Shown: piece after piece, positions 15,216 to 40,129 of the stretch
Position numbering within the stretch: position 1 is the first letter of the stretch
Layout of the letters: each line of letters begins with the position of its first letter
Assembly: GCA_010909165.1 (NCBI GenBank)
Contig: VJWM01000258.1
Span: 1 to 64,000, forward strand
Direction: 5' to 3'
Length of the DNA: 64,000 bases
Source of the DNA: Anthoceros angustus
Lineage: Eukaryota > Plantae > Anthocerotophyta
Made by a program: the position numbers and the translations under genes
The notes under the pieces: model-generated
What the model was told of the DNA's origin: nothing
Seen by the model: the letters and a program-made list of their open reading frames with translations, nothing else
Database searches by the model: none

Positions 15216-17134
15216 ACGCGGAGGGGCAACCACTGGCAAGATGCCCGAACCCTCGGCAATTGTAGCACTGAATGGCACTCATCTGTCCTGGGTTTCTTGC
15301 CATCTGAGTAGGAATACCCCGCTGGTCGTAAACTTGAGGGGTATAAGGTCTTTGGGTACCCAGAAATCGGCATCGCCTCTTGGATTTGGTACGTATCCTC
15401 CAAGCACATCTCTTCCTCGTCCTCCTCAGAGCCCAGCCAGCACCTCGCTTGGGGCCTCGACCGAGTGTCCTCGCCGTCTGTTGAGTTGAGCAAGAGGTTC
15501 GCCGGCCTCAGAGCAACCTTCTCCTATCGTGGTCCTTGATGGCATTAAGATGGAGTTTCCGGTTGGCCATAATTTCCTCCATCTTGTTCCCTTGTTGCTC
15601 CACCTTTTTGGCCTGCTCCACCTCCTTCTCACCGCCTGCGGCCCTTCCTTGCATATAGTGCTCCTTCCCCTGCACGCTGGCCTCGCTTCCCATATCTGCT
15701 TTCTTGCCCCTCCTTTATCCCTTCGGCCGCGCTCATCTCCTGACGAATCTTCCTCCGAATCCTCGCTGGTCTCTTCTTCCGTGGAACTATTCGAGGAGTC
15801 TGCAGAAGAGCTATCTTCTCCCGTGGAACTGTCATCGGAGGACTAGGAGTACTTCTTCTTCTTCTTGGATCTCTTCTTGTCCTTCCGTGCGCCCTTGTTT
15901 GATTTCTTTTGCGCTTCCGCATTGGATTCCTCGTAATTCAGGGCGGTTTGGGGGATATGGATAGCGGGTATTATGAAACTCCTGCCATGGCTGTTAGAAC
16001 GCAGAGCGGCGAGAGGAAGGCGGACACCCTCAGAAGGGGGGAACGGGGGAAGAAGAGAAAGAAGGAAGGATTGGGAGCCTCCATAACATCTGCGAGTGAA
16101 GAGGAAGTTGCGTCTTCATCAGGCGAGGAAGTCCAGCCACAAAATGCCAACGAGGGACTCGGTATGAAAACAAGCAGACAAAAGGGAGGGCATGCGAATC
16201 CAGCAGACGGGGAGCAAGGCATGAACGTCATACCCAACGCAAAAATTGCGATTTTGGGGGGCACCACAGATGTAATTGCTCGATCCAGATCTTTCTCAGC
16301 CTGGAGCCGTACATGCTTCCCCATCTCCATACCCAGACCTCTTGCGAACCAACGGATGGCCATTAATTCCGAGTGAGGTCCAGCACGGTCCCGCAGGCTG
16401 TGGGACCTTTCCACATAAGCCTGCAGGGTCTCCTTCTTCCCTCTCCGCAATCCCTCGAGTTTGGACAGGACGTACCCTTCCACATCGACCCCTCTGAGCC
16501 TTTCGCAAAAAGCTCTCTTCAAGGCCCCAAAGGTGGCTGGGGGTGTGGAAGAAGCTATGTACTCCCGCTTGTACCACTTGGCCGCCGCTCCGCGTAAGAC
16601 CCCATAAAACAGCTGGGCACGTTGCGCATCCTCCTGGTTGGCAAGCGTCAGCTGCTCAAAACGCTCGACAAACTCGTCAGGATCCTCATGGCCCTTCTTT
16701 TCTCCATACAACGGGTAAGATTGCTTAGTAGTAACAAGCACCGGAGTACTGGCCATAACTACCGTGGTAGTACTTTCAACGACTGCGGTAGTTGACGCGG
16801 CCACTACGTCTGGACTGACCTCCACATCCACGAAGTTTGACTGGACCGCAGCTGATCTAGGCAATCTGGAACGGAGATCAAAAGGCAAGGTGGGATCGGG
16901 GTACCTGGCCCCTTGTACCGTTTCCGTAGTCGAGAGTTGGGAATCTGAGTCGGATAAGGTCCGATCCCTAGTTCCGAGTCGACTCCCTGCTCCTCTTCCT
17001 TGTCCAGCAGGTGTGACCTCCTCCTGCGCCCTCCTCGTAACTCTCTGCAACCTTTCCACTGCTTGGCGTTGTCGCTTTACCAAAAGCGTTTCCCCACAGT
17101 CAGACCCAGAGTCGCTCGTCTTCACCCGAGGCAT
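15031..17134 (-). mobile_element. Element A: Ty3/gypsy gag (retrotransposon gag domain + CCHC zinc knuckles), no pol downstream
   Basis: EDPDEFVERFEQL..GVLRGAAAKWY..TFGALKRAFCERL..LRRGKKETLQAYVER is a typical gypsy gag capsid domain; CYNCRGFGHLASGC and CVDCKQSGHVADSVLC knuckles at ~15130-15270. Confidence 0.85.
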
Positions 17135-17211
17135 CCATCTATCAACCTAGTAATGCTAGACTCTACTTAAGCTATGGTTAGTTCTACCTACGTCCTTGAC
17201 AGCGATTTCAT

Positions 17212-17229
17212 TCCCCGGCAACAGCGCCA
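17212..17229 (-). promoter_or_regulatory. Primer-binding site complementary to tRNA-Asp(GUC) 3' end (Athila-type)
   Basis: Plus strand TCCCCGGCAACAGCGCCA matches the plant tRNA-Asp 3' end TCCCCGGCAACGGCGCCA at 17/18 (tRNA sequence recalled). It lies 3 nt from the LTR terminus and ~80 nt upstream of the gag ATG. Confidence 0.85.
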
Positions 17230-17232
17230 AAA

Positions 17233-18300
17233 TGTGGGGTGTAAACGCGTGTCCTGAGACACGGTGAGGTCTACATTCACCCTCAATGTCGTTGTAGTCC
17301 TGGGATTCGCTCCCAAGGGAATGGTTTGTGCCAAGAGACGCTATCTTCTATCACTTCCGACCTTGACCTAAGTCAGGGTTTACCTGCTACCACTTCTCTT
17401 ACCTATCTACTCAACTACTACTACCTCCCGTCTTGTCCAACTACTTCGGATCTAACTCCCCGACCTCGTTTCCTGCTCCACATCACGGTAGACCGCACCA
17501 CTACCGTAGTAATACCACCGGTGGGTCCCACACCAAACCCTAGCGATCGATTCTCCACGCCATGGATCTTTGTACGGTTGTCTCCACCCATAGTCTGGTT
17601 GTTATTCTACCCCCCAGACGCTATGCCCAGCCCGATTCCCGACACTGGGGATTCCTAGGCCTCCCTACATTCAATCCACACACATGCACACACACACAAG
17701 GGCGCCACACCACCTTTTTTCCTCCAGGAAATACCGTTCCCCATGCGCACTTCCTTCAGCCAGCATTGGCTCGGTTCGCGATTCTTACACACCCATTCCG
17801 ACCATGTCCTCTCCACCGTTCTTCTCTTCTTTTCCCACTCACGATTCAGACACATCGCGCATGATTTTAATCTCTCCTTCCGATATGCTCACTCTCTCTC
17901 TCTCTCTCGATTCGCCTTCAGCATCCACCACCACCCATGCACTCAATTTGTAACACAACTAGAAAAGGAAGGGGAGAAGAGCCCGAGCCACAACAGGCCA
18001 CGAGCAAGCTCCACGCCGCCGCCAATCCCTTGGTTCCCTCCCCTTTTCAGCAAGACGCCCGATCTTTCCTCCTCCACCGGAGCAAGCTCTCGACCATTCC
18101 TAGGAGCGCCTCGCACACCCCGCCTCGTTAATTGGACATCTCCAACCAGCCACAGCAGCGGGGATCTCAACGAATTATCTACAGAGAGGCATAACTCGCC
18201 TCTTATAGCAGCGCCATGCCCGGATTTTTAGGTCCTAAGATGCTATCATGAAGGGACGCGCCCACACCGGAGCGTCCTAGGTCCAGGCAAGATCCTAACC
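17233..18300 (-). mobile_element. 5' LTR of element A (~1.1 kb; far boundary uncertain)
   Basis: Ends ...CCCCACA adjacent to the PBS; TATAAGAGG box on the minus strand at ~18210; U5 block GGGAGCGAATCCCAGGACTACAACGACA is related to the family B U5. Confidence 0.6.
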
Positions 18301-21300
18301 AAATTCTATCCTTAGGATGCTATCACTTATCCGCCTCACGCTTCGCATGCCTGGCGCGACTTTCGGCCGACGGCGCGCACAATCCGTGTCGTTGTAGTAA
18401 GGAGTCCGCTCCCAAGGAAATGATAGGCTCTTTGCCGCATTTCAATCGATTCTCACCTCACTTTGTGACGCTCACCCACAACACACACATCCGTCATTTT
18501 GCGCCTAACTATTCGTAACGGCCCACCAACAGCCCGGTGTGGCCAAACGTTTAAGGACCGTCGTCCGTGTCGCTCACGCTCGCTACCTGCCTTCCTCTAG
18601 TCCGTTCCTCTCACCACTTACCACCTCATCAACCTTGGGAAAAACGCAGTGGCGCACAACTGGACCTCCTCTCCAGCTCGCTGGGCCTCCGTCCGCTCCG
18701 CACGCCTCCTAGAGTTCCTCCGGCTCACACGCTCCGGCTCGACCGGGCCGCCCGGACGAACAAGGGTCCCCTTCTTCCCTCGCACACACCACTACACGCT
18801 AGGGTCCACTGACCTTGACTGCTCTCGGCCGGGCTCGCCGCGACTCGACTCACGTAAGAAGACGACAAGGGTCCGCAAAGGAAACGCATCAACACCAAGA
18901 GAAGATGATTTATTCCGACGCCCTCTTATATATTTGAAGGTCGCCTTTATTACACCTCTATTTTGATGAGGGCTGACCGCGCCCCTAACCAGCCGCCTAC
19001 TATTCTCCCTATTCCTCCTATCTCCGCCTGGTGGTGGGGCTGGATGGCCCTTGATTCGTCTTGCACCGGCGCCCCAAGCCGAGCCGACAATCCGCGCGCC
19101 AATCGGATGATCCGCGATGGGACCCCTTCCTCTCCCAGGGTCGCCAGTGCGCCACCGTGGCGGCGACAGCAGTCACCACTAAGTCCTCCTCCCCCTCCTC
19201 TCTTATCTCTCTGGCGGGCCCCTGCGCAACGGGCCCTCCAAGGGCTGGATCTGCTGGGGCTGGTGATTGGTGGCTCTCCCCCACTCCCTGAGTCGGGACC
19301 TCAGGACCCCGTCTCGACTCCGGAGTCCGGACCTCTAGGTCCGGTCTTCCCTCTGGGGTCCGGTCCCCTGTGTCCGGCCTTCTTTCTGGAGTTCGGACCT
19401 CGGGGTCCGGACTTGCCTCTGGGGTCCGGTCTTCTGGACCCAACCCTTCCCCTGGAGTCCGGACCTCAGGGTCCGGTCTCGTCACTAGAGTCTGGATCTC
19501 TAAGTCCAGACTTCCTTCAGGGGGCCGGACTTCGGGAGCCGGCCTTTCCTCAGGAGTCCGGACAAAGTCCGGACCCAGACTCACAGTTGCCTCCTCCGGG
19601 TGATCACGGGCTCATCCACTGAGCCCTCCCTTGGTTCCCGAATGCCCGGTTGCGCCCCTTCCACGGCCTCCCCAGGATCCTCCTCCCTTCCTTCCGTGCG
19701 AGGGTGCCGAGTGCTTACCTCCGGTGTAGTGACCCTTCCTCCGCCCGGCTCCTCCCGCTGCTCTCCCTCGCCGCTGCTGCTGTCGTCGTCAAACAGCGCT
19801 CCTAGGGTCCCCGTGGCTGCGCTGTCCCCGGGTCCTTCCTCCCTTGCTCCTCCTTCCTTGGAAGTCCCTCCCTGCCTGGGGTGGCGCGGGACCTCGAGCC
19901 TTGAGGAGCTCTGCGTGGTAGTAGGCGGTCGGAATCGACTTGTTGAATCGCCTCCTCACATGAGCCGGGCACCGGTACTCCCTCCTGAGGTGCTCGGCGG
20001 TGGGCATGTTGTCGGCTGGCGTCTCCGTGTGGCTTACCAGCTGGGTGGGCGGACTCCTTGATGCCGTCAAGGCGGCCTCCGTCACCTCCTGCGGCCTTGC
20101 TCGGCGTTCTCCTCCTCCCGTCTTGTTCGGCTCGCGGTTGCGGGCCATGGTGAGCTCCCCCCTCACTTCCTGGGACGACTGCTTCTCCTCGTGCTTTCTT
20201 CCCTCCGTTTATCCTTTCCGGTCGCTACTTCCTTCTCCGGGCGGGCGGTATCCCCGTCAAACTCGGCTTCCTCCACCTCCTGCTGCGGCCTCGCGGCGTC
20301 GAACTCCTTGCAATCGCCTATTCTCCTCCGTCTTCAAGCGGGCTGGGCGCTCTATCTCCTCGAAGTCTTGGATTTCTCGTTGAGAACCCCTGCTCCGTCG
20401 TCTTGGAGTTGCGGCTCAAGGTATCCTTCTTGTCCTCCGGCTCCTGCGTTCCGGTCCGTTCGGCCCGGGCAGAACAAGGGTCCCGATCGCTCTTCCACGC
20501 ACACACCACTACACGTTAGGGTCCGTCACGGGACCTTGATCGATCTCTCGGGGCTCGCACCTCGACTCGGGACTCACGTTAGTAGAAGGCACAAGGGTCC
20601 GCAAGGAACGCGGCATCAACACCAAGAGAAGATGATTTATTCCGCACCTCGGCCCTCTTATACTTGTTGAAGGTCGGCGCCTTTATTACACCTCTATTTT
20701 GAGGCGAGGGCCTGCTGATCAAACCACCGCCTACTATTCTCCTATTCCTCCTATCTCCATGGTGTGGTGTGGGATGGCCTTGATTACTTGCTGGCGCCCC
20801 AAGCCACGACAAGCTGGCGCCTAATCGGATGATCCGCGAGGGACCCCTTCCTCTCCTCAGGGTGCAGCCAGTGCGCCACCGTGGCGGGTGATCACCAAGT
20901 CCTCCTCCCCTCCTCTCTTATCTCTGGCGGGCCCCTGCGCAGGCCCTCAAGGCTGGATCTCTTTGGGGCTGGTGATTGGTGGCTCTCCCCACTCCCACAG
21001 TCTGGACCTCGGGACCCGTCTCTCGAGTCAGGACCTCTAGGTCCGGTCTTCCCTTTGGGGTCTCTGCGTCCGACCTTCTTTGGAGTTCGGACCTGGGTCC
21101 GGACTTGCCTCTAGGGTCGGTCTTGGACCCAACCCTTCCCACAGGTCCGGACCTCGGGGTCCGTCTCGTCAAAATCTGGATCTCTAAGTCCGGACTTCCT
21201 TGAGGCCGGACTTGGGGCAGCCTTTCCTCGAGTCCGGACAAAGTCGGGACCCACACTCTGTTCGCCCCTCCCCCGGATGATCAGGCTGATCCTTTAGCCC

Positions 21301-24300
21301 TCCCTTGGTTCCCGAATGCGGTTGCCCTTCCACGGCCTCCCAGGATCCTCCTCCCTTCCTTCCGTGCGAGGGTGCAGTGCTTACCTGGTGTAGTGACCCT
21401 TCCTCCGCCCGGCTCCTCCCAGCCTGCCCTCGCGCTGCTGCTCGGCGTGTGCTCTGCCGCCGCCCTTCTACCTCCTGCACCACAGGTCCCGATCTCCCGG
21501 GTGCGACCTCCAGCCTCCTCACGGCTCGTCTTGCTCAGCCGCACGCTTTCGGCCTTGAGTTGGTTGGCTACCCGGCCGTCTCCCTCCACCGGTTCGATCA
21601 CGTCGATAGTGATCCCGGTCGACCTTCTTGGTGCTTCCGCTTCATGTTGCCTTGGTGAGCCTCGGCGACTGTGTTGGGCCGGGCCGCCTCAGCCAGGTCG
21701 TGAGCCCTCTCCGCCTCCTGCTGCGCCTCCCTCCTTCGTTGGCAGAGATCCTCAGCTCGTGCTTGGGCCTCACTACGCCTTGTGCTCACCGGTGAAGAAA
21801 CTTAGTCCGGTTCTGTCGAATGGACAAGACTTCCCTCTCGGCCTCCGGCGCTTCCTCCTCGATGCGGCCGAGGCTTCCGCCTTCCTCCTCGCCTCACAGG
21901 CGCCTCCATCGCTCACGGAGGAGCACCATGCGCCTCCTTGTGGCTTCCACCTCCTGGGTCTTCTCGGCCGTCCAGAGACCCCAGAGCATACCGTCCATGA
22001 TGGTAGCCAGGACCCGCCGTGTCTCTTCCACGGCTGCCACTGGTGAGGCCTCCAAGAAGTCCGTTGTGGGGGCGGGCATCTCTCGGTCCGCCAAGGACCT
22101 CCATACCGCAGTCCGGAGCGAGTCCGGGCTGGGCTCTCCGGACCTAATCAGGACCCTTAGGTCCAGAGTACTGAGGTCCGGAGCCTCACCTTCTTTGGCC
22201 CTCTTGGCCGCCAATTCCTTGTTTGCCCTCTTCTCACAGGGGCTCGGAGGGTGAGGGGTTGAGGCTGACCCTCTTGCCTCTCCCGGTCGGAGGCAGGACC
22301 CGGCTCGGGTGGGGGCTGCTTGCCGATGGCCTCCCGCTCCTTGGGCGTCCCTTTCGCCTCTTCTCACCGCCTCTTGACTTCTTGCCACTCGTTGGCGGCG
22401 AGGCTGCAGCCGTCAGAGTCTTTGCGTTGGCGAGTGGCACCGTCTTCCGCCTCTTGGTCCCAGCGAGTCCGTCGGGGCTCGGTATTCCGTCGTGGTGGCG
22501 GGTGATGCTGAGGCCCGACTCAGGGCCGCCTCTGCTTTGCCTTGCTCGGTGGGGCACCGGGAGGAGGAAGCGAGTCCTCCACACTTCCCTTGGTGGCGAG
22601 GGAGTCCGCTCCAAAGCGTATGGAGTCAGGATTCCCTCGATCGTCTTCCTCCCGCTCTCTTGCTCCGGACGGGCGGGCTTCCTCCTCGGGCGCCTTGCCT
22701 CCGCTTCCGGTGAGGGCCTTGACCCTTCGGGCGCCCGCTCTTCTTCCCCTCCTTGGAGGTTGTAGTGTCCCCACATGGATCGGATATGGGGATAGTCCCG
22801 ATGGAGGTGGCTACCGCACCTCGACTTGTGAGCCTCCTAGGCAACCGGGCGAAGATATCGCACCGTCGGCCCTCTTGCCCAGCTAGTATGCGAGGAACAT
22901 AATAAATTGTCACCAAGGTGATCCACCTTGGTGGCGGTCCGATGGACAATGATCACAGCCTTGCTCTCACCTCTCCATCAACAAATCCCGCCCATGGTTG
23001 TTGACGTTCCCGGCTTGACATTACGCCTTTGCCGCCTCTATCTTTCCTCTTGCCTTGAGGGGCTCCGGGACTACGCCCCCAATTTCTTCTGCTGGGCGGT
23101 TGTAAGCCGCCCTCAGGACCTCCAAGGTCCACCTCCTAGGATCCTCCCGGAGGTTCTTGGATCGGACCTCCTTGTTGGCCGCTGCCAACATCTTCCGGGC
23201 GTATTCCCTGACAAGTGCGACGCTGTCAAACGTCCACACCTCCCTAAAGACGTCGAGGTGCCACTTCTCCACCAGGTCCTCCGCCTCCGCCAACCAGGGT
23301 TCGAAGTCGGGATATCTCTTGGTGACAATGTTGCGCTCCACCAGGCGCCAGGGCTCCCACACCTCCGCAGCCTTCTTGGGTCCCATCGCCTCCTTCTTCT
23401 TACTCCGCTGTAGGCGATTGTCCGTGATTGCTGGCACGATGCTCCCTCTTCGCGCATTGTTGCTCCAAGCGCAAGGTGAGCCGCGGGTGCACTGGCGTTC
23501 GGAGAGATAGCGCTAGAGGCGGGGTTGCTGACACGAAAATTGTCTTGAGGTCGACAGAGCGACCTCCCGTCGGGCGTCGTCGGGAGTAGTTCTTGGCGGG
23601 AGGTGCCCCTTCACATCCGCTTGAGAGTGCATGGCTTACTCTCAACCTTCCGCTTATTCAGCCCCTCGCCCGCGTGCTCGATCTTCTGTGCCGCCTTGTG
23701 GGCGTGAATACACTTATAACGCCCATTGGCACCCCTACGGTTCTGGTCCGCTGCATGCCCGTCCTCCTCAGTCTGTCCCGTGGTGCAGGCTGCCTAAACA
23801 CGCCCAAACCCTTAAGTTACTTTACTTGGCGTATTTATCCTATCCTGCTCCGGAGTGTGTTCCGGACTTACTCGACATTTACATGCGGTCGGCCGCCTTG
23901 TTGTCGATCAGTGGCTCCTCGGTGTACTCCGAGTCACGGACTCACTCGAGTGTAGTCCGGAGTATTCCGGACCTATTCCTTCCTTTACGCCTTATTTTCT
24001 GCCTCGGACCTACGAAAAAAACAAAACCCAACTTATTTCCTAACCCTGGGAAGTCCAGAGTCTACAACGCCTCCTCGACTTGGCCTGACGCCGTCCTCCA
24101 TTGCCGCCGCCACGAGCCTCCTATCACGCCCGTGATCGGGTTTTCCCACAATACTTCCACCTGCGCATCCTTCTTTGGGCGTCCTAATTTGAGGTGTACT
24201 ACGCCTGGAGCTTCCGTGATCTTCCGCTTGCCGCCTATTGCGAGGATTATTACCGGTTCCTCGTCCACCCAAGCATGGACCTCCTCCTCACTCAACTCCT

Positions 24301-25217
24301 CCAAGGTCGCCTCCAGACAATTGGGGGCCAACCCCACACTGCAGCAAGGGTATGCACTCGAGTCCTCACTTGGGTGAGGTAGGCCCGATCCCTCCTATTT
24401 CCACACGCACATGGACAGGAAGTTAAGCACGCTGCCCCCATTCACATATAGACCAGAACATAAGTTTCCTCATCCATGTGCCGCAACAATAGGACCTCCC
24501 GAGCCGAGGTGCTTACCCCTCCTCCGTAGGCTACACCGGTTGCTCGGTCCATGTCCTGCGGGTGCCGTCCTCTGCCGCTCCGCCATGACCGCCGAGTTGT
24601 GCGCCAATGTGGTAGCAGCCCATCACTGCGTAGTGGACTCCACGACTGCCCGCTCAAGAACCCCGGTGTAGGTGTTTCGCCTCTTGTCGCTTCCTTCCTC
24701 GGTAGTTCCTTCCACTACCCGGCCGTGGTCCCACTACCTCGCCTCTTCCCTTTGTCCTTTCCGGCCCACGTGCCTCATCCCGCCTCCGCTTATACTGCCT
24801 CCGCCACCATGGGCCTTCCACCGAGGCCGCCTCGCCTCCCCGGCTCGCAACAACCCCGCATCTCGGTTTGTCTTGGGCATCCTTAATTTGAGCCATGAGC
24901 GCTTCTCACCGACATGGCCTGCAACTTCTCCTGAGCCCTGCACAAATCCTCCTCAATCTTGGCCCTTATTTCCTCTAGGCCCTTGTCTTCCTCCAGCTGT
25001 TTGCGCTTGGCCTCCTCTTCACAAACTTGGCCTTCACCACTTCCTCCGCCGCCTTGCACACCGAGCCATGTGAGAGCCAAGGCCGCTTGATCTAACAACC
25101 GCTTGGGCCCGGATCATCGTGCCGGCCCGCAAATCCACTTGCGGCCCGCCAGACGCCATCCTCGTCGAGCACTTTCCTCCCCAAAAGGTGCGCACTCACC
25201 ACGGCGATCCACCTCTC

Positions 25218-38663
<13,446 letters not shown>

Positions 38664-39119
38664 CGTCATTGAGCTGGTGATGCTCCCTCCATACACGCCG
38701 GCTGCACCAGATCTACCTTTATCTCCAAATTGCGACCACCTAGTTACAGCGCCCACAGGTCCAGATGCAGCCTATAGCCAGCATATGAGAAATTGCATTA
38801 CATTTCGATGACAAATAGGTACCACGGGAGTAGAAATGGCAGGCGAGAAAGTGGAGAGACATGGAAAGTGAGTTTTGAAGAAGGAGGCACCTCAAATAGT
38901 TAGCACCACCTTTGTAGTATCGATCGATAGCTCCCTATTTGTAACAAATGGATTAACTTTGCTAACTCATTATAGGAGACCTAGGTATCATAATTATATG
39001 CGCTTAGTATATATTCAAATATTAAATTTAAGAACAAATTTTAATAAAAAAACATGTTATTTTGAACTTTATTTTTAAAAGAATTTTGCAAGAACTTTAT
39101 TATGACACTGAAAGATTGA

Positions 39120-39720
39120 TCAATACCAAGATTGTATAGGAGATTATTGTGAGCAATATTTAATAGATAATATTATGTGAGCAACATATTAACATTTCCA
39201 TCATGATTGTGAATTTATTGTAGTGAAGATATTTGAAATATGAATCACTAGAGTGAAGAAGATAGTACTATATTACGCAAACTCTTTGAGTTTGAGGAGG
39301 AGGTGTTTAATATTGGCGAGGAGCTTGCTGTGTCTCATATATAACAACAATAAGCGCTTATTGTGCTTTTTGTGGCTAGATGCTTATTGTTCATATTACC
39401 AAGTTTCGGTAAGTGTGAAAGACTGATTAATACCAAGAATGTATTGGAGATTATTGTGAGTAATGTTCAATTAAAAATATTATGTGAGAAATATATTAAC
39501 ATTTCCATCATGATTGTGAATTTATTTATTGTAGTAAAGAGATTTAAAATGTGAATCACTGTAACGAAGAAGATTACTATATCACGCAAACTCTATGAGT
39601 TTGAGGAGGAGGTGTTTATTATTGGCGAGGAACTTGATGTGTATCACACATAACAACAATAAGCGCTTATTGTGCTTCTTATTGCTAGATGCTTATTGTT
39701 CATACTTCCAAGTTTCAGTA
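39120..39720. repeat. ~305-bp diverged tandem duplication
   Basis: 39120-39412 and 39428-39720 align throughout (ATACCAAG..GGAGATTATTGTGAG..TTTGAGGAGGAGGTGTTTA..TAAGCGCTTATTGTGCTT..CCAAGTTTC) with many substitutions. Confidence 0.9.
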
Positions 39721-40129
39721 TTGAGACCCAAATCATGTCATTACTAAACGACAAGATTGATGGAGGGTTACTGGATGAAAATAAAGAAAACATGGACTTC
39801 ACTTCATTGGTATGCTGGGGATTTATATTTTTATAAAAAGAGGGAAATAATGAGCTACATAATATAATAGGCACCTTACCAGTGTCATGTTCTTTATCAC
39901 CTCGTTCTATTATGTTAATTTTAGTACATGTGACAAAATCACTGTCTTAATGGGTAAATTTGGTCAATCATCATGATGATTTTGATGTTCACATTCTAGG
40001 ATGATAAGGAACAACAATGTTGCCTGAAAAGCCATGTATCTCTTTTCCTCAAAGAATTAGTTCAGAAAACGTTTTTATATTAAGAGTAGGAAACAAGCAT
40101 TCACCATGGCTATGGGATGGATAGCTGTT

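Noticed and set aside
17212-17298. tRNA-Asp gene
   Set aside because: Only the 3' 18 nt and 5' 11 nt match, in permuted order and without D, anticodon or T arms; these are retroelement priming sequences.
17677-17908. (CA)n and (CT)n microsatellites
   Set aside because: Ordinary short simple repeats within an LTR.
24062-24337. EEPVIIL...VEVLWEN..SW resembling a chromodomain
   Set aside because: It sits directly after the protease-like motif, not after an integrase; more likely the PR-RT linker.
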